Shown here: piece by piece, positions 28,496 to 40,799 of the stretch
Layout of the letters: each line of letters opens with the position of its first letter
How positions within the stretch are numbered: the stretch's first letter is position 1
Origin: Candidatus Omnitrophota bacterium
GTDB taxonomy: Bacteria; Omnitrophota; Gorgyraeia; Zapsychrales; Aceulaceae
Assembly: GCA_029564765.1 (NCBI GenBank)
Contig: JAKQPK010000050.1
Coordinates: forward strand, 146,977-210,976
Direction: 5' to 3'
Length of the DNA stretch: 64,000 nt
Translations under genes and position numbers: made by a program
The notes under the pieces: generated by a model
What the model was told of the DNA's origin: nothing
Seen by the model: the letters and a program-made list of their open reading frames with translations, nothing else
The model's database searches: none

Positions 28496-29591
28496 ACAAT
28501 TTTCCGGGCATTTGGCGGACAAAACCTTTCAACTCAAGGCTAAGCAGGACATTGTACAGCTGGGTCATGGGCAACCCGCTTGCTTGGCAGAGAGCATCAA
28601 GCGTAATAGGGCTTTTGGACAGCAGATGGAGCACATTCTTTTCTTGAACTCTAAGATCCTTCGTACGTGCTTGGCAACTTGACAAAAGAGGCAAAGAACT
28701 CTTTTCTTCAACCGATTTCAACTCAAGGCCAAGCTCATCGAGAACATCTTGAGCACAACTGATCAGTTTTGCTCCTTGCTGGATAAGAATGTTGGTGCCT
28801 TGGGCGCTGATCGCATCGATCTTTCCTGGAACAGCAAAAACATCCCGACCCTGCTCTAAGGCTAGGTCTGCGGTGATCAATGCTCCGCTTCGTTTCGCTG
28901 CCTCCACAACAACAACTCCCAAAGAGAGCCCGCTGACAATACGGTTGCGACGGGGAAAATGACCGCTACGGGCAGGCGTGGACATGGAAAACTCTGACAA
29001 AATCAGGCCTTGCTCGGCGATCGCTTCAAACAATTTCTTGTTCTCTTGAGGATATATATGGTTTAACCCTGTTCCCAAAACCGCGATCGTTTTGCCGCAA
29101 ACGCGCAATGCGCCTCGATGGGACGCGGCATCGATCCCCTTTGCAAGTCCTGAAACAATAACAAGCTGATATTGCGCTAATTCCTCAGCAAGACGCTCTG
29201 CCGTCATGATGCCATACACGGAAGCCTTGCGACAACCTACCACAGCAAGGCAAAGATCTTTTAATAATGAACAATTGCCGCAAGCATATAGAACGATTGG
29301 CGGGTCCGCGATCTCTCTGAGCAATGATGGATAGTCCTGATCAAAGAAAGTAACAACAGAGGCTCTTCTCTTGGCGATCCATTGATGCTCTTGGGATAAA
29401 AATTCTTGAAAGGGAAACCTTTTGATCTCTTTGACAACAGCATCTGGAAGAAATGACGCCGCAAGAAGATCATTTTCATGAAGTGCAAAAATGTTCTGAC
29501 CACAACCAAAATGATCAAAAATTTTTTTGATACGCTGCGGGCCAAGCCCGGGAACGGCATTTAAAGCGAGTATTTGATCACGCTGATCCAC
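28482..29591 (-). CDS. dprA: DNA-processing protein DprA
   Basis: YPSLL..I.DPP, VSGLAKGIDAASH, FPRRNRIVSG, SGALITA, C-terminal winged helix. Start approximate (GTG 29591; ORF extends to 29630). Confidence 0.95.
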   Translation of the reverse strand: MDQRDQILALNAVPGLGPQRIKKIFDHFGCGQNIFALHENDLLAASFLPDAVVKEIKRFPFQEFLSQEHQWIAKRRASVVTFFDQDYPSLLREIADPPIVLYACGNCSLLKDLCLAVVGCRKASVYGIMTAERLAEELAQYQLVIVSGLAKGIDAASHRGALRVCGKTIAVLGTGLNHIYPQENKKLFEAIAEQGLILSEFSMSTPARSGHFPRRNRIVSGLSLGVVVVEAAKRSGALITADLALEQGRDVFAVPGKIDAISAQGTNILIQQGAKLISCAQDVLDELGLELKSVEEKSSLPLLSSCQARTKDLRVQEKNVLHLLSKSPITLDALCQASGLPMTQLYNVLLSLELKGFVRQMPGKLFVIR

Positions 29592-30093
29592 GAAAAACAC
29601 GCTCCGCAATCTCATCGACCACTTGCGCAACTGTTTTCTGCGAAGTGTCGATCGTCACATCTGCTTTCTGATACAAACATTCACGCTGGGCTAATAAGTT
29701 CTTGATCCTTGCTTTGGGATCTTCAACGTTTAATAATGGTCGTTCCTTACTGTGGCGTGTACGTTCGTGTAGGATATCTACCGTTGCCTTCAAGTAAACA
29801 ATAAGGCCGGACGACCGCAATCGATCCATGTTTTCTTGCTGCAACACTATCCCGCCACCACAATCGATCACCAATCCCTGCTGTCCACTAAGCTGCTCTA
29901 CGATATTTCTTTCAAGAGAGCGAAAGTATTGTTCACCTTTAACGGCAAAGATCTCAGCCACAGAGATCTTTTCTTGTTCAACGATCAACGCATCCGTACT
30001 GATAAGTCGGTAATGAAGATGTTGCGCCAGAAGATAAGACACCGTTGTCTTGCCTGAGCCCATGAATCCAACGAGAGCGATATTTCTTAACAT
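29578..30093 (-). CDS. aroK: Shikimate kinase
   Basis: GFMGSGKT, GEQYFR, GGG, RPLL. Confidence 0.95.
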   Translation of the reverse strand: MLRNIALVGFMGSGKTTVSYLLAQHLHYRLISTDALIVEQEKISVAEIFAVKGEQYFRSLERNIVEQLSGQQGLVIDCGGGIVLQQENMDRLRSSGLIVYLKATVDILHERTRHSKERPLLNVEDPKARIKNLLAQRECLYQKADVTIDTSQKTVAQVVDEIAERVFRGSA

Positions 30094-30099
30094 GGCGGG

Positions 30100-30128
30100 A
30101 TTGTAGCAACAATCAAAAATCCTGTCAA
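30100..30128 (-). promoter_or_regulatory. Near-consensus sigma70 promoter 6 nt upstream of the aroK ATG
   Basis: TTGACA-17 bp-TACAAT with extended TG, then CCCGCC-ATG. Confidence 0.7.
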
Positions 30129-30163
30129 TAAAACAAAGCTGGCATCAGGCCGTCTTAAGAGGA

Positions 30164-30967
30164 TCAATAGATGCCGTACAAGGCGAAGATCCAATCAAAG
30201 ATCTTTTGAGAGAAAAATAACGCGATCAACGATCCTACGGCCAAAAATGGCCCATAGGGAATAAGACTTTCTTTGGTCCTGATCTTAACAATGATACCAA
30301 AGATCGCACCAAAAAATGGCGCGATAAAAAAGGCTAAAAGCGCAAGTTTCCAACCCAAGAATGCGCCAACCATAGCCATGAATTTGACATCCCCGCCGCC
30401 CATGCTTTCTTTCTTGAATATAAAATCGCCGATCAACCCCATAGCGTAAATAGCCCCTCCACCGATCAGGATCCCCAGCAAGCTTCGGCCGACAGAAAGC
30501 CATACCGACGTTGTCCCATGAAGCTCTGGGATAAAAAAGCTAAAAATAAAACCGACCACCATGCCGCCAATGCTAATTTCATCGGGGATGATGCGGTGCT
30601 CAATATCAACAAAGGTCGAAATAATGAACCCACAAAGCATGACCAAATATGGAATGAGAATAGGCGTTAAGCCAAAGAACTTATAAAAACCAACGAACGC
30701 CAGACCGGTCACAAGCTCCACCAAGAAATATCTTCCGGAAATAGCTGTCTTGCAGAAGCGACATTTACGGCCGAGCAACAAAAAACTCACAAGAGGGATG
30801 TTGTCATACCACGGGATCGTTTTCTTACACGAAGGACAATGCGAGCGAGGAAATACAACAGAACGTTTTTTGGGATCCTCTTCTGGCAGTCGAACAATAC
30901 AAACGTTCAGAAAACTACCGATGATCGTTCCAAAAATAAAGGTAAAAAAAGTAAGGAGATAGTCCAT
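30164..30967 (-). CDS. pilD: Prepilin peptidase/N-methyltransferase
   Basis: GSFLNVCI.RLP, SHCPSC, NIP, CRFC, MGGGDVK, PYGPFL. Confidence 0.95.
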   Translation of the reverse strand: MDYLLTFFTFIFGTIIGSFLNVCIVRLPEEDPKKRSVVFPRSHCPSCKKTIPWYDNIPLVSFLLLGRKCRFCKTAISGRYFLVELVTGLAFVGFYKFFGLTPILIPYLVMLCGFIISTFVDIEHRIIPDEISIGGMVVGFIFSFFIPELHGTTSVWLSVGRSLLGILIGGGAIYAMGLIGDFIFKKESMGGGDVKFMAMVGAFLGWKLALLAFFIAPFFGAIFGIIVKIRTKESLIPYGPFLAVGSLIALFFSQKIFDWIFALYGIY

Positions 30968-31842
30968 TATTTGATCCTTTGTTGAAGGCCCTTGTCCAAA
31001 GCATCCCTCATTTTCTTTTTGATATTTTCTGGCAATTCCACGTTCGCCCAATGTTGAAACGCTAATACTCCCTGATAATACAGCATGCCTAAGCCGTTAG
31101 CGGCCTGAGCGCCCTTTCGCTGAGCCATCTCTAAGAGCGCTGTCTGCGCAGGATTATAGATCAGATCATAAACAAGCATGTTCGCATGCAACATCTCTTC
31201 ATCGATCAACGGAATATCACTTGGCTTCATGCCTACAGGCGTCGCGTTCACCAGAAGATCCGCGAGCTCAACATTAAGATCATCAAGACTGTCAACAGCC
31301 TTGGTAATGCCGCAGTCAAAATTCACGCTCAAATCCTTGACAAGACTTTGGGCCTTCTCAGGTTCGATATCATAGATCATGATCGCCTCGGGCCTTTGGG
31401 CGCTCATGCAAAGAGCGGATAAAACAGCGCGAGTCGCTCCTCCAGCGCCGAGGATCGCGATACGCTTACCTTGCGGCTGAAAACCAAGTTCTGCAATATG
31501 CGCAAGGAATCCAGGGCCATCCGTATTATAGCCAGAAAGTTTCCTATTCTCAGAAATGACGATGGTGTTGACCGCAGCAACTTTCTTCGCATAAGGATTT
31601 AGACTATCAAGATATGGAATAACTTTTTCTTTGTACGGAAAGGTCACGTTCAATCCAAAAATAGGGCTATCCTTTTGCTTAAGATCAGAAAAGAAGTTAT
31701 CTAACTCATCGGGTTTTAAAGGAAATAGCTCATACGTCGCCTCAACGCCAAGCGCCTTGAAAGCGGCATTGTGCATCAACGGCGATAGGCTATGCCCTAG
31801 GGGATAGCCTATCAGACCGTACGTTGTGATATTTTGACCCAT
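30967..31842 (-). CDS. aroE: Shikimate dehydrogenase
   Basis: HSLSPLMHN, NVTFPYK, AVNT, NTDG, GAGG, NATPVG, DLIYNP. Confidence 0.96.
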   Translation of the reverse strand: MGQNITTYGLIGYPLGHSLSPLMHNAAFKALGVEATYELFPLKPDELDNFFSDLKQKDSPIFGLNVTFPYKEKVIPYLDSLNPYAKKVAAVNTIVISENRKLSGYNTDGPGFLAHIAELGFQPQGKRIAILGAGGATRAVLSALCMSAQRPEAIMIYDIEPEKAQSLVKDLSVNFDCGITKAVDSLDDLNVELADLLVNATPVGMKPSDIPLIDEEMLHANMLVYDLIYNPAQTALLEMAQRKGAQAANGLGMLYYQGVLAFQHWANVELPENIKKKMRDALDKGLQQRIK

Positions 31843-31848
31843 AAGAGA

Positions 31849-33360
31849 TTATTTGAGCTGAAGGAAAAGCATCTTATTAATGGCATTCAAGTAAGCTTTC
31901 GCGGAAGCCTCTAAGATGTCTGTGCTCGCGCCATGGCCAATATATTTCTTGCCCTTGATGCGAACCTTAACGGTAACTTCGCCTAAGGCATCCTTGCCAT
32001 GCGTGACAGATTGGATGGAATAGTCTAAAAGCTCAGCCTTGACCTTGACGATCTTCTCGATCGCTTTATAGCACGCGTCCACAGGCCCATCGCCTGAAGA
32101 GCTTACCTTTTTTATCTTTTCTTGTGAGCTGATCTCAATGGTCGCCTTAGGCGCGATATTCGTACCGCTAACAACGGACAAGCTAACTAAGTGCCAGGTG
32201 TTAGGGACAACCTTTGACTCATCTTCGGCAATCGCGATCAGATCTTCATCGTAAACTTGTTTCTTTTTATCGGCGACGTTCTTAAAACGCTCAAACGCGT
32301 GATTCAAGGCTTCTTCTTTTAAATCAATACCTAATGATTTCAACCTTACCTGAAAGGCGTGACGCCCAGAATGCTTGCCCAAAACGATACCAGTCTCGAC
32401 AAAGCCAACATCCTGAGGCTTCATGATCTCATAGGTGGATGGCTCTTTCAAAACGCCATCCTGATGAATCCCTGATTCATGGCGGAAAGCATTCGCGCCA
32501 ACGATCGCTTTGTTTGAGGCCACGACAAAACCTGAATATTTGCTTACCAGCCTGGAGATACGACAGATCTCTTGGGTCTTGATATTGGTTGCACAGTGGT
32601 AATAATCTTCACGGGTGCGCAAAGCCATCACGATCTCTTCCATGGACGCGTTTCCGGCTCTCTCGCCAATGCCATTAACGGTACATTCAACTTGTCGCGC
32701 GCCATTTTTGATAGCAGCCAATGAATTGGCCACGCCGATCCCAAGATCATTATGGCAATGAACGGAAATAATGGCCTTGTTGATGTTTGGGACTTGATTG
32801 CAAATATCATGAATAAGCTGGCCAAACTGTTCCGGCACACCGTATCCGACCGTGTCGGGGATATTGATGGTCTTAGCTCCAGCGCGAATAACTTCTTCAA
32901 TAACGCGGAACAAAAACTCCTTTTCGGTCCGCGAGGCATCCTCAGGCGAAAACTCGATGTCATCGTTTTTCTGCCGCGCATAACGAACCGCGTCGATCGC
33001 CATCTGTAAGATCTCATCCTTTGTCTTCTTAAATTTATACTCAATATGGATCTTTGATGTCGCCAAAAAAACATGGATACGCGACTTCTTAGCGCACTGA
33101 ACAGCATCAGCGCATGCGTCGATGTCTTTTTTGATAGAACGCGCCAGACCGCACACACGAGAATTCTTAATATGCTTGGCAACGCTCTTGACCGATTCGA
33201 AGTCTCCTTTGGAAATGACAGGAAACCCTGCCTCAATGATGTCCACACCCAAGCGCTCCAAGCCGAACGCCACTTCCAGCTTTTCTTTGGCGTTCATGGT
33301 CGCTCCTGGCGCTTGCTCACCATCTCGCAAGGTCGTGTCAAAAATATAAACTTTATCCAT
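31849..33360 (-). CDS. leuA: 2-isopropylmalate synthase
   Basis: [39 protein letters not shown]. Confidence 0.97.
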   Translation of the reverse strand: MDKVYIFDTTLRDGEQAPGATMNAKEKLEVAFGLERLGVDIIEAGFPVISKGDFESVKSVAKHIKNSRVCGLARSIKKDIDACADAVQCAKKSRIHVFLATSKIHIEYKFKKTKDEILQMAIDAVRYARQKNDDIEFSPEDASRTEKEFLFRVIEEVIRAGAKTINIPDTVGYGVPEQFGQLIHDICNQVPNINKAIISVHCHNDLGIGVANSLAAIKNGARQVECTVNGIGERAGNASMEEIVMALRTREDYYHCATNIKTQEICRISRLVSKYSGFVVASNKAIVGANAFRHESGIHQDGVLKEPSTYEIMKPQDVGFVETGIVLGKHSGRHAFQVRLKSLGIDLKEEALNHAFERFKNVADKKKQVYDEDLIAIAEDESKVVPNTWHLVSLSVVSGTNIAPKATIEISSQEKIKKVSSSGDGPVDACYKAIEKIVKVKAELLDYSIQSVTHGKDALGEVTVKVRIKGKKYIGHGASTDILEASAKAYLNAINKMLFLQLK

Positions 33361-33381
33361 ATCTTTACTGCGGACTAGAAA

Positions 33382-34371
33382 TTATTTCATCCAAGGCATC
33401 ATCTGGCGCAATTGAACCCCTATTTTCTCAATAGGATGCTCATCCGCCTCTTTACGCCATTGATTGAAATTCAGCCGCCCTTTCTTATTCTCACGGATCC
33501 ACTCTTTAGCAAATTTCCCTGATTGGATCTCAGTAAGCATCTTTTTCATGATCTTTCTTGTTTTATCGTTGATAACGCGTTTGCCACGCGAAAAATCTCC
33601 ATATTCTGCTGTATCGGAAACACGCTTTCTCATCCCTTGGATGCCATGCGCGTAAATAAGATCTGTAATAAGCTTAAGTTCATGAAGGCACTCAAAATAA
33701 GCGATCTCGGGCTGATATCCTGCCTCTACGAGCGTATCATAACCTGCTTTTACCAACTCACTGACACCACCACAAAGAACTGCTTGTTCGCCGAAAAGAT
33801 CTGTCTCGGTTTCTTCTTTAAATGTCGTTTCGAGAACTCCTGCTCGCGTGCCGCCAATACCCTTGGCATAGGCTAAAGCGATCTTCAATGCGTTTCCCGT
33901 TGCATCCTGATGGATTGCCACCAAGCATGGCACGCCCTTACCTTCCACATACTGACTGCGCACCAAAGCACCCGGACCCTTGGGGGCTACCATAAAAACA
34001 TCCACATCAGACGATGGAACGATCTGTTTAAAATGAATATTGAATCCATGGGAAAAAACCAAGGACTTTCCTGGCTTTAAGTTTTTCTTGATATCTTTTT
34101 TATACACATCCGCTTGCACATGATCTTGTGTCAGGATCTGGATGATATCCGATTGTTTCGCGGCGGTCTTGGCATCTACCGGCGCAAAACCATCTTCAAG
34201 GGCCTGCTTAAAATTCGGCGTCCCCTCCATTTCGCTCACGACCACTTTTAAGCCGCTATCACGCAGGTTAAGCGCCTGTCCTCGACCTTGAATACCGTAT
34301 CCGATGATCGCGATCGTTTTATCTTTGATCACATCAAAACTTGCATCATTATCATAGTAAATCTTTGCCAT
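33382..34371 (-). CDS. ilvC: Ketol-acid reductoisomerase
   Basis: [32 protein letters not shown]. Confidence 0.98.
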   Translation of the reverse strand: MAKIYYDNDASFDVIKDKTIAIIGYGIQGRGQALNLRDSGLKVVVSEMEGTPNFKQALEDGFAPVDAKTAAKQSDIIQILTQDHVQADVYKKDIKKNLKPGKSLVFSHGFNIHFKQIVPSSDVDVFMVAPKGPGALVRSQYVEGKGVPCLVAIHQDATGNALKIALAYAKGIGGTRAGVLETTFKEETETDLFGEQAVLCGGVSELVKAGYDTLVEAGYQPEIAYFECLHELKLITDLIYAHGIQGMRKRVSDTAEYGDFSRGKRVINDKTRKIMKKMLTEIQSGKFAKEWIRENKKGRLNFNQWRKEADEHPIEKIGVQLRQMMPWMK

Positions 34372-34396
34372 GATCCATCTCTCCTTTTTGTTAATG

Positions 34397-35356
34397 TTAG
34401 ATCAAATTCTTAATCAATCTGCAGTATTCATTGATAGGAACATTGCTTGTTGCGCATGCTTGCTGAAGATCAACAACGTTGATCTTGTTTTGCAGGATGC
34501 CGACAGCCTTTCCGTAGCGTCCTTTCAGCAAGCAATCAACAGCCGCTGCCCCCAGACGTGTCGCTAGAACGCGATCTGGAGCAGTAGGCGTTCCACCGCG
34601 CTGAATATGCCCCAAAACAATGTAGCGGCTTTCAAATCCTGTTACCTTGGTGACCTTCTCAGCTACTTCATGCGCCTTGCCGGCGCCTTCCGCAACAATG
34701 ATCATCCAGCTGATCTTTCCTTTTTTATGTCCACGCTTGATCTCTTCGTACATGGCCTGATAATTGAACTTTCGCTCAGGGATGATAACATCTTCAGCCC
34801 CAGATCCCAAAGCGACTTGCATGGCAATATATCCTGAATCGCGGCCCATTACCTCAATGACAAAAATACGCTCCATACTGTGAGCCGTATCACGGATCTT
34901 ATCGATCGCATCCAAAGCAGTATTGACCGCCGTATGACAACCGATCGTCTGGTCTGTGCCATAGAGATCATTGTCAATGGTCCCCGGTACTCCAACGACG
35001 GGAAAGCGAAACCTTTTAAAAAGCTCATAAGCCCCCGCATAGCTCCCATTGCCGCCAATAACGACCAATCCATCGATCTCGTGGCGCTTCAATGTTGCTA
35101 CCGCTTTCGCCATTCCCGCTCTCGTCTGAAATTCTGGGCAACGGGATGTCTTTAAAAATGTCCCTCCCCTGCTGATGATATTGGCAACGGATCGATGGTT
35201 CAGTGAAATGATATCATCTTCAACTAAACCATAAAAACCGCGCATGACACCTCTTACTTCAGCGCCCTGCAAAAGCGCTGAGCGAACAACACTGCGGATC
35301 GCAGCGTTCATCCCAGCGCCATCCCCGCCGGATGTCAAAACCCCAATACGTTTCAT
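34397..35356 (-). CDS. pfkA: ATP-dependent 6-phosphofructokinase
   Basis: [26 protein letters not shown]. Start 35356 or 35371. Confidence 0.95.
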   Translation of the reverse strand: MKRIGVLTSGGDGAGMNAAIRSVVRSALLQGAEVRGVMRGFYGLVEDDIISLNHRSVANIISRGGTFLKTSRCPEFQTRAGMAKAVATLKRHEIDGLVVIGGNGSYAGAYELFKRFRFPVVGVPGTIDNDLYGTDQTIGCHTAVNTALDAIDKIRDTAHSMERIFVIEVMGRDSGYIAMQVALGSGAEDVIIPERKFNYQAMYEEIKRGHKKGKISWMIIVAEGAGKAHEVAEKVTKVTGFESRYIVLGHIQRGGTPTAPDRVLATRLGAAAVDCLLKGRYGKAVGILQNKINVVDLQQACATSNVPINEYCRLIKNLI

Positions 35357-35372
35357 TCTGCTCTTTATCATA

Positions 35373-36785
35373 TTAATAACGATAATGTTCTGGCTTGTAA
35401 GGACCATCAACGCGACAGCCAATATACTGCGCTTGTTTTTCTGTTAACTTTGTCAACTTGGCTCCTACATGATTCAAATGAAGCCTCGCGACTTCCTCAT
35501 CCAAGCTCTTCGGCAGACGATATACACCGATCTTATGCGATTTTGTCCAGAGCTCGATCTGCGCAAGGGTCTGATTCGTGAATGAATTACTCATTACAAA
35601 CGACGGATGACCCGTGGCGCAGCCCAAATTAACCAAACGTCCCTCGGCCAGCAAAACAATTGAATGGCCATTTTTAAAGTAATATTGGTCAACTTGCGGC
35701 TTAATGTTGACCCTGCGAATACCCGGCCACTGGTTAAGGCGTGTCACCTGGATCTCGTTATCAAAATGACCAATATTGCAAACAATAGCGCCATCTTTCA
35801 TTTTTGCCATATGCTCAGCAGTAATGACCTCGCAATTGCCCGTGGCAGTAACAAAAATATCTCCAAGAGTCAAAACGTCCTCGATCGTCTTTACCTCAAA
35901 ACCTTCCATCGCGGCTTGCAAGGCGCATATTGGATCGATCTCTGTAATGATCACACGCGCACCGTACGCCTTCATGGACCGCGCGGAACCCTTGCCAACA
36001 TCGCCATAACCGCAAACAACAACAACTTTTCCAGCGACCATGATATCCGTTGCGCGCTTAATCCCATCAGCAAGCGATTCGCGGCATCCATACAAATTAT
36101 CAAATTTGGACTTTGTCACAGAATCATTAACATTGAATGCCGGGAAAAGCAGCTTATTCTCACAAAGCATCTGGTAGAGCCGATGAACGCCGGTCGTTGT
36201 TTCCTCTGAAACTCCGCGGATACTTTTGACCATCATATGCCATCGGCGAGGTTCTTCTTTTAAAACAGCTTTAAGGCACGATGAGAGTTCAGCTTCATCC
36301 TCTGTATGTGTCTTAACGTTCAAAACCTTAGGATCGTCCTCGGCTTCATAGCCTTTGTGGATCATTAACGTAGCATCTCCACCGTCATCAACGATCAAAT
36401 TAGGCCCCTTGCCGCCAGGAAAAGAAAGAGCCTGATATGTACACCACCAGTAGTCCTTTAAGCTCTCACCCTTCCAGGCAAAGACAGGGATCCCAAGATC
36501 TGCGATAGCGGCTGCAGCATGATCTTGTGTTGAGAAAATATTACAACTCGCCCATCGAACATGAGCGCCTAATGCCGTTAATGTTTTAATGAGAACAGCG
36601 GTCTGGATCGTCATATGCAGCGATCCTGTAATCCGCGCCCCTTGCAAAGGTTTTTTCTTTCCGTATTTTTTCTGCAAAGCCATCAAGCCCGGCATTTCTT
36701 TCTCTGCCAGCTCGATCTCTTTGTGCCCAAAATCCGCCAAAGACATATCCTTAACCTTGCAATCTTGAAACTTCATTTTTGTCAT
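35373..36785 (-). CDS. ahcY: Adenosylhomocysteinase
   Basis: [45 protein letters not shown]. Confidence 0.98.
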   Translation of the reverse strand: MTKMKFQDCKVKDMSLADFGHKEIELAEKEMPGLMALQKKYGKKKPLQGARITGSLHMTIQTAVLIKTLTALGAHVRWASCNIFSTQDHAAAAIADLGIPVFAWKGESLKDYWWCTYQALSFPGGKGPNLIVDDGGDATLMIHKGYEAEDDPKVLNVKTHTEDEAELSSCLKAVLKEEPRRWHMMVKSIRGVSEETTTGVHRLYQMLCENKLLFPAFNVNDSVTKSKFDNLYGCRESLADGIKRATDIMVAGKVVVVCGYGDVGKGSARSMKAYGARVIITEIDPICALQAAMEGFEVKTIEDVLTLGDIFVTATGNCEVITAEHMAKMKDGAIVCNIGHFDNEIQVTRLNQWPGIRRVNIKPQVDQYYFKNGHSIVLLAEGRLVNLGCATGHPSFVMSNSFTNQTLAQIELWTKSHKIGVYRLPKSLDEEVARLHLNHVGAKLTKLTEKQAQYIGCRVDGPYKPEHYRY

Positions 36786-36803
36786 GCCGATTCCTTTATA
36801 GAC

Positions 36804-37964
36804 TTAAACATTCTTTGCGTCTTTAGCCAAGATCTTCGCCTTGTCGGTTTTCTCCCAGGTAAACTCTGATCGACCAAAATGGCCATAAGCCGCGGTCTTT
36901 CGGTAGATCGGCATCAAAAGTTTTAACTGGTTGATAATACCTCGCGGCGTCATATCAAAATGTTTACGCACGAGCGCAACCAGTTTCTCGTCAGGGATAA
37001 TCCCAGTGTCCGATGTATCGATCGCGACACTGACCGGTTCTGCACGGCCGATCGCGTAGCCGATCTGGATCCAGCATTTTTTAGCAAGTTTTGCGGCCAC
37101 AATATTTTTTGCGATATAGCGTGCCATATACGTTGCTGAACGATCCACCTTCGTCGGGTCCTTACCAGAAAACGCACCGCCTCCATGAGAAACAACGCCA
37201 CCATAAGTGTCCACAATGATCTTACGACCCGTCACACCTGTATCAGACTGCGGACCTCCAACGACAAATTTCCCTGTTTCGTTGACAAAGAACTTTGTTT
37301 TCGCGTCAACCATCTTGCCCAAGATCGGACGTGCGATCGTATCAATAATTTCTTTTTTAGCGGCCGCGGTGATCTTTTCACCTGTTTTATCGAGGATCTT
37401 CGATGTGTGTTGACAGGCTAAAACGACCGTATCAATACGCACCGGTCTTCCATTATCGTATTCAACAGTAACCTGGCTTTTGCAATCTGGCCCCAAGTAG
37501 TCTAAAACATTGGCTCTGCGTACATCCTCGATACGCTTGACAAGCTTGTGTGCCAACATGATCGGCAATGGCATCAATTCTTTTGTCTCATCACAGGCAT
37601 AACCGATCATGATCCCTTGATCGCCCGCGCCGCCCTTATCCACGCCCTGAGAAATATCTGGGGATTGGCTGACGATCGCGTTCAAGATCGAACATGTGTG
37701 CGCCGAAAAACCATAGCGTTCATGATTATATCCGATGTCTAAAAGAACATTCTTAACTAATTTCTGAATATTGATATACGTTGTCGTTGTGATCTCGCCG
37801 CCGACAACCACAAGGCCTGTCGTGACGAACGTTTCGCATGCGACACGCCCTTTAGGGTCATTCTTTAAAACCGCATCCAGCACCGCATCTGAAATCTGAT
37901 CACATACCTTATCTGGATGACCTGCGCCTACTGATTCTGAAGTAATGAAATAACGTCCTTTCAC
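36804..37964 (-). CDS. metK: S-adenosylmethionine synthase
   Basis: [37 protein letters not shown]. Confidence 0.98.
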   Translation of the reverse strand: MKGRYFITSESVGAGHPDKVCDQISDAVLDAVLKNDPKGRVACETFVTTGLVVVGGEITTTTYINIQKLVKNVLLDIGYNHERYGFSAHTCSILNAIVSQSPDISQGVDKGGAGDQGIMIGYACDETKELMPLPIMLAHKLVKRIEDVRRANVLDYLGPDCKSQVTVEYDNGRPVRIDTVVLACQHTSKILDKTGEKITAAAKKEIIDTIARPILGKMVDAKTKFFVNETGKFVVGGPQSDTGVTGRKIIVDTYGGVVSHGGGAFSGKDPTKVDRSATYMARYIAKNIVAAKLAKKCWIQIGYAIGRAEPVSVAIDTSDTGIIPDEKLVALVRKHFDMTPRGIINQLKLLMPIYRKTAAYGHFGRSEFTWEKTDKAKILAKDAKNV

Positions 37965-38734
37965 TCTTGCTCCTCCTTGTTACATGATTTGTTCTCTTGA
38001 AAATCTTTTTGAGCCTGATGATACGCCTCAAGACTCCCAATATCATACCATGAACCTAAAAATTGAAAACCGCAAAGCCGTTTTTGTTCACACAACCATC
38101 GGATATAATCCCCTGCCAAATCCAGCTTGCCAACGCTATTAACATATTGCTGGATCAAAGGAAATGTTGCTTTGGGCATGTAGTAAAAGCACATCGCGAT
38201 CAAACTCGACCTGGGTTGTTCCGGTTTCTCTTCAAAAGAAGTAACAATATGGTCCGTACCCATGGCAACAACACCAAATTTCTTTGCTTCACTAATATGG
38301 CAAATATCGTAAACTCCCAGAGTCACTTTCTGCGGTTGACTTTTTGCTAACATAAAAAATCTTTCTGTCTGAAAATCAAAAAGATTATCTCCACCGATCA
38401 CAAGAAGATCTTCCTGGATGTTCTGCGTCCTTACCACAAAGTCAATATCCCCGATAGAGCCTAATCGGTTCTCAGGGGTCGTCGTGCCATCATTGACCAC
38501 AGTGATCTTAATCCCAAAATGGCCGCAGTCTGACGCCCAAGCAGAAAATTTCTCATAAAACTTATCATTTGTGACAACATATACTTCGGTCAAATCCTGG
38601 GCCGTACGCACTTTTTCGATTAGATAATTGATCAAGGGCTTGCCTGCTGCGATCTCGAGCAAAGGCTTAGGCTTGTCCTTGGTCAAAGGATAAAGACGGG
38701 TACCGTATCCAGCAGCTAAAATGAGAACTTTCAT
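37961..38734 (-). CDS. Sugar-phosphate nucleotidyltransferase (NTP_transferase family)
   Basis: [29 protein letters not shown]. Confidence 0.88.
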   Translation of the reverse strand: MKVLILAAGYGTRLYPLTKDKPKPLLEIAAGKPLINYLIEKVRTAQDLTEVYVVTNDKFYEKFSAWASDCGHFGIKITVVNDGTTTPENRLGSIGDIDFVVRTQNIQEDLLVIGGDNLFDFQTERFFMLAKSQPQKVTLGVYDICHISEAKKFGVVAMGTDHIVTSFEEKPEQPRSSLIAMCFYYMPKATFPLIQQYVNSVGKLDLAGDYIRWLCEQKRLCGFQFLGSWYDIGSLEAYHQAQKDFQENKSCNKEEQE

Positions 38735-38737
38735 AAA

Positions 38738-40510
38738 TTATTTTCTCTCGCTAAAAATATGCGAAGCATATTTTTTTAGCTTCATCTTCAAAAACTCTTC
38801 TATATGTTCGCCGGTCGATAATTTAAGCGTTTCTTCCGCTATCTCCTGGGCGTCCTTAAAATAAAAACTACGGACCAACTCTTTGATCTGTAAAATATTT
38901 AAAGATGACATGCTCAGCTCGTCCAAGCCTAAACCCAACAAAAAAAGCGCAAAAATAGGCTCACTCGCCATCTCTCCGCATAACCCCACTTCAATACCCG
39001 CGGCATGCGCCGCATCAATTGTTTTTTTGATCAGCCGCAAAACAGAAGGGTGTGAAGGTTGATAAAGATTCGCGGTCTGTTCATTGGTACGGTCCACGGC
39101 CAAAGTATACTGGATCAGATCGTTGGTTCCGATACTAAAGAAATCGACTTCGCGAGCCAAGATATCAGCGGTCATGGCTGCCGACGGGACCTCGATCATA
39201 ATGCCCACCGGCATGTTCGCCTTAAAAGGAACTTTTTCTTTTTTAAGGCTGTTCTTAGCTTCTTGCATGATCGTGTTCGCTTCTCGAAGCTCACTGACAC
39301 CAGAAACCATCGGGTACATCATCTTCAGGTTCCCGTGCACGGATGCGCGAAGGATCGCGCGCAGCTGAACCTTAAAAATGTCAGGACGGCCCAAGCAAAA
39401 ACGGATCGCGCGCCAACCTAAAAAAGACTTCATTTCTTTAGGTACGTCGATACTGGACGCAAATTTATCCCCTCCCAGATCTAGCGTACGGATGATCACA
39501 GGATGAGGCGCCATTTTTTCCGCGACATAGCGATACGCCTTAAACTGCTCTTCTTCGGTTGGGAGATCCTTACGGTTCATATACAAATATTCCGTACGGT
39601 ACAGACCAACACCATCACAATTTTGTTTAAGGATCGTCGGGATCTCTTCCGGAAGCTCCAAATTCGCCATGAGCGATATGCGATGCGCGTCCTTGGTTTG
39701 TGCCGGTAGATCTTTAATATCATCAAAACGCGACTTGGATGCCGCGATCTTGCTTTTAACAATATTATATTTTTCTTTTGTCTTGTCGGATGGGTCAATG
39801 ATCAAAAAACCTTTACGCCCATCAACGATCACATAATCTTGATTATGGACGCGCAATGTGGCGTCCTTTAAACCAACAACCGCGGGGATCCCTAAGGACT
39901 TTGCCATGATCGCCGTGTGCGATGTGCGGCCACCGACATCAGTGGCAAAAGCCAGGATCCGCTTGTTATACATCCCTGCCGTATCTGACGGCGAAAAGTC
40001 ATGCGCAATAACGATCGTGTCCTCGCTCAAATTGTCTAGATCATGGATCTTTGTTTCTTCCATCAGATTCTTGAGAACACGCTTACTGACATCATTGATA
40101 TCGCTTGTGCGATCGCGCAAATATTCATCCTGGATCCCTGAAAAAGCCTTGATATATCGTTTCATGACCTGCGAAAAGACATATTCAACGCAAACCTTAT
40201 CTTTCTTGATATTCTTAATAATCTCCTGGATGATGGTCCGGTCTTCTAGGACAAGAAGGTGCGCGTCAAAGATCTGCGCATGACGTACACCCATATCTTG
40301 AGAGATGCGGGACTGAACGCTTAAGATCTCCTCGCGGGTCTTGATCAGCGCTTCTTCAAAGCGAGCGATCTCAATAGGGATCTCCTTATCTAAGATGGAC
40401 CGCGGCTGAATAAAAAAATCCTGTTTGTCCAGAATGAATGCCGGCCCCGAGGCAACGCCAGGCGCTGCCGGGATCCCGCTTAAAATTATTTCTTTGCTGC
40501 GTGTTTTCAT
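38738..40510 (-). CDS. ptsI: PTS enzyme I (PEP-protein phosphotransferase)
   Basis: GGRTSHTAI (phospho-His), [29 protein letters not shown]. Confidence 0.96.
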   Translation of the reverse strand: MKTRSKEIILSGIPAAPGVASGPAFILDKQDFFIQPRSILDKEIPIEIARFEEALIKTREEILSVQSRISQDMGVRHAQIFDAHLLVLEDRTIIQEIIKNIKKDKVCVEYVFSQVMKRYIKAFSGIQDEYLRDRTSDINDVSKRVLKNLMEETKIHDLDNLSEDTIVIAHDFSPSDTAGMYNKRILAFATDVGGRTSHTAIMAKSLGIPAVVGLKDATLRVHNQDYVIVDGRKGFLIIDPSDKTKEKYNIVKSKIAASKSRFDDIKDLPAQTKDAHRISLMANLELPEEIPTILKQNCDGVGLYRTEYLYMNRKDLPTEEEQFKAYRYVAEKMAPHPVIIRTLDLGGDKFASSIDVPKEMKSFLGWRAIRFCLGRPDIFKVQLRAILRASVHGNLKMMYPMVSGVSELREANTIMQEAKNSLKKEKVPFKANMPVGIMIEVPSAAMTADILAREVDFFSIGTNDLIQYTLAVDRTNEQTANLYQPSHPSVLRLIKKTIDAAHAAGIEVGLCGEMASEPIFALFLLGLGLDELSMSSLNILQIKELVRSFYFKDAQEIAEETLKLSTGEHIEEFLKMKLKKYASHIFSERK

Positions 40511-40516
40511 AAGAAA

Positions 40517-40780
40517 CTAATTGTTGGTCAATAAAAATGTTGCTAACTCTTCCACTGCCTTGGCTGCATCCTCACCTTCTGCAGATACCACAAGAGCGCT
40601 TCCACGCTCTGCGGCCAACATCAAAACACCCATGATCGATTTACCATTAACGGCCTCGTTGCCCTTACGAATAACGATATCGCAATCGAATTTATTTGCT
40701 AACTGCACAAAAATAGCAGCGGGACGAGCATGCAGGCCTTGCTCGCTTTTCAATAAAACTTCTCGTTCAACTTTAGACAT
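40517..40780 (-). CDS. ptsH: HPr phosphocarrier
   Basis: GLHARPAA (His15), KSIMGV (Ser46). Confidence 0.94.
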   Translation of the reverse strand: MSKVEREVLLKSEQGLHARPAAIFVQLANKFDCDIVIRKGNEAVNGKSIMGVLMLAAERGSALVVSAEGEDAAKAVEELATFLLTNN

Positions 40781-40799
40781 AATGGATCTTTTCTTTATC

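Noticed and set aside
34397-35356. PfkA with GGNGS instead of GGDGS
   Set aside because: I recognise this as a recurring natural variant; the glycine residues that indicate ATP dependence are retained and nothing else suggests inactivation
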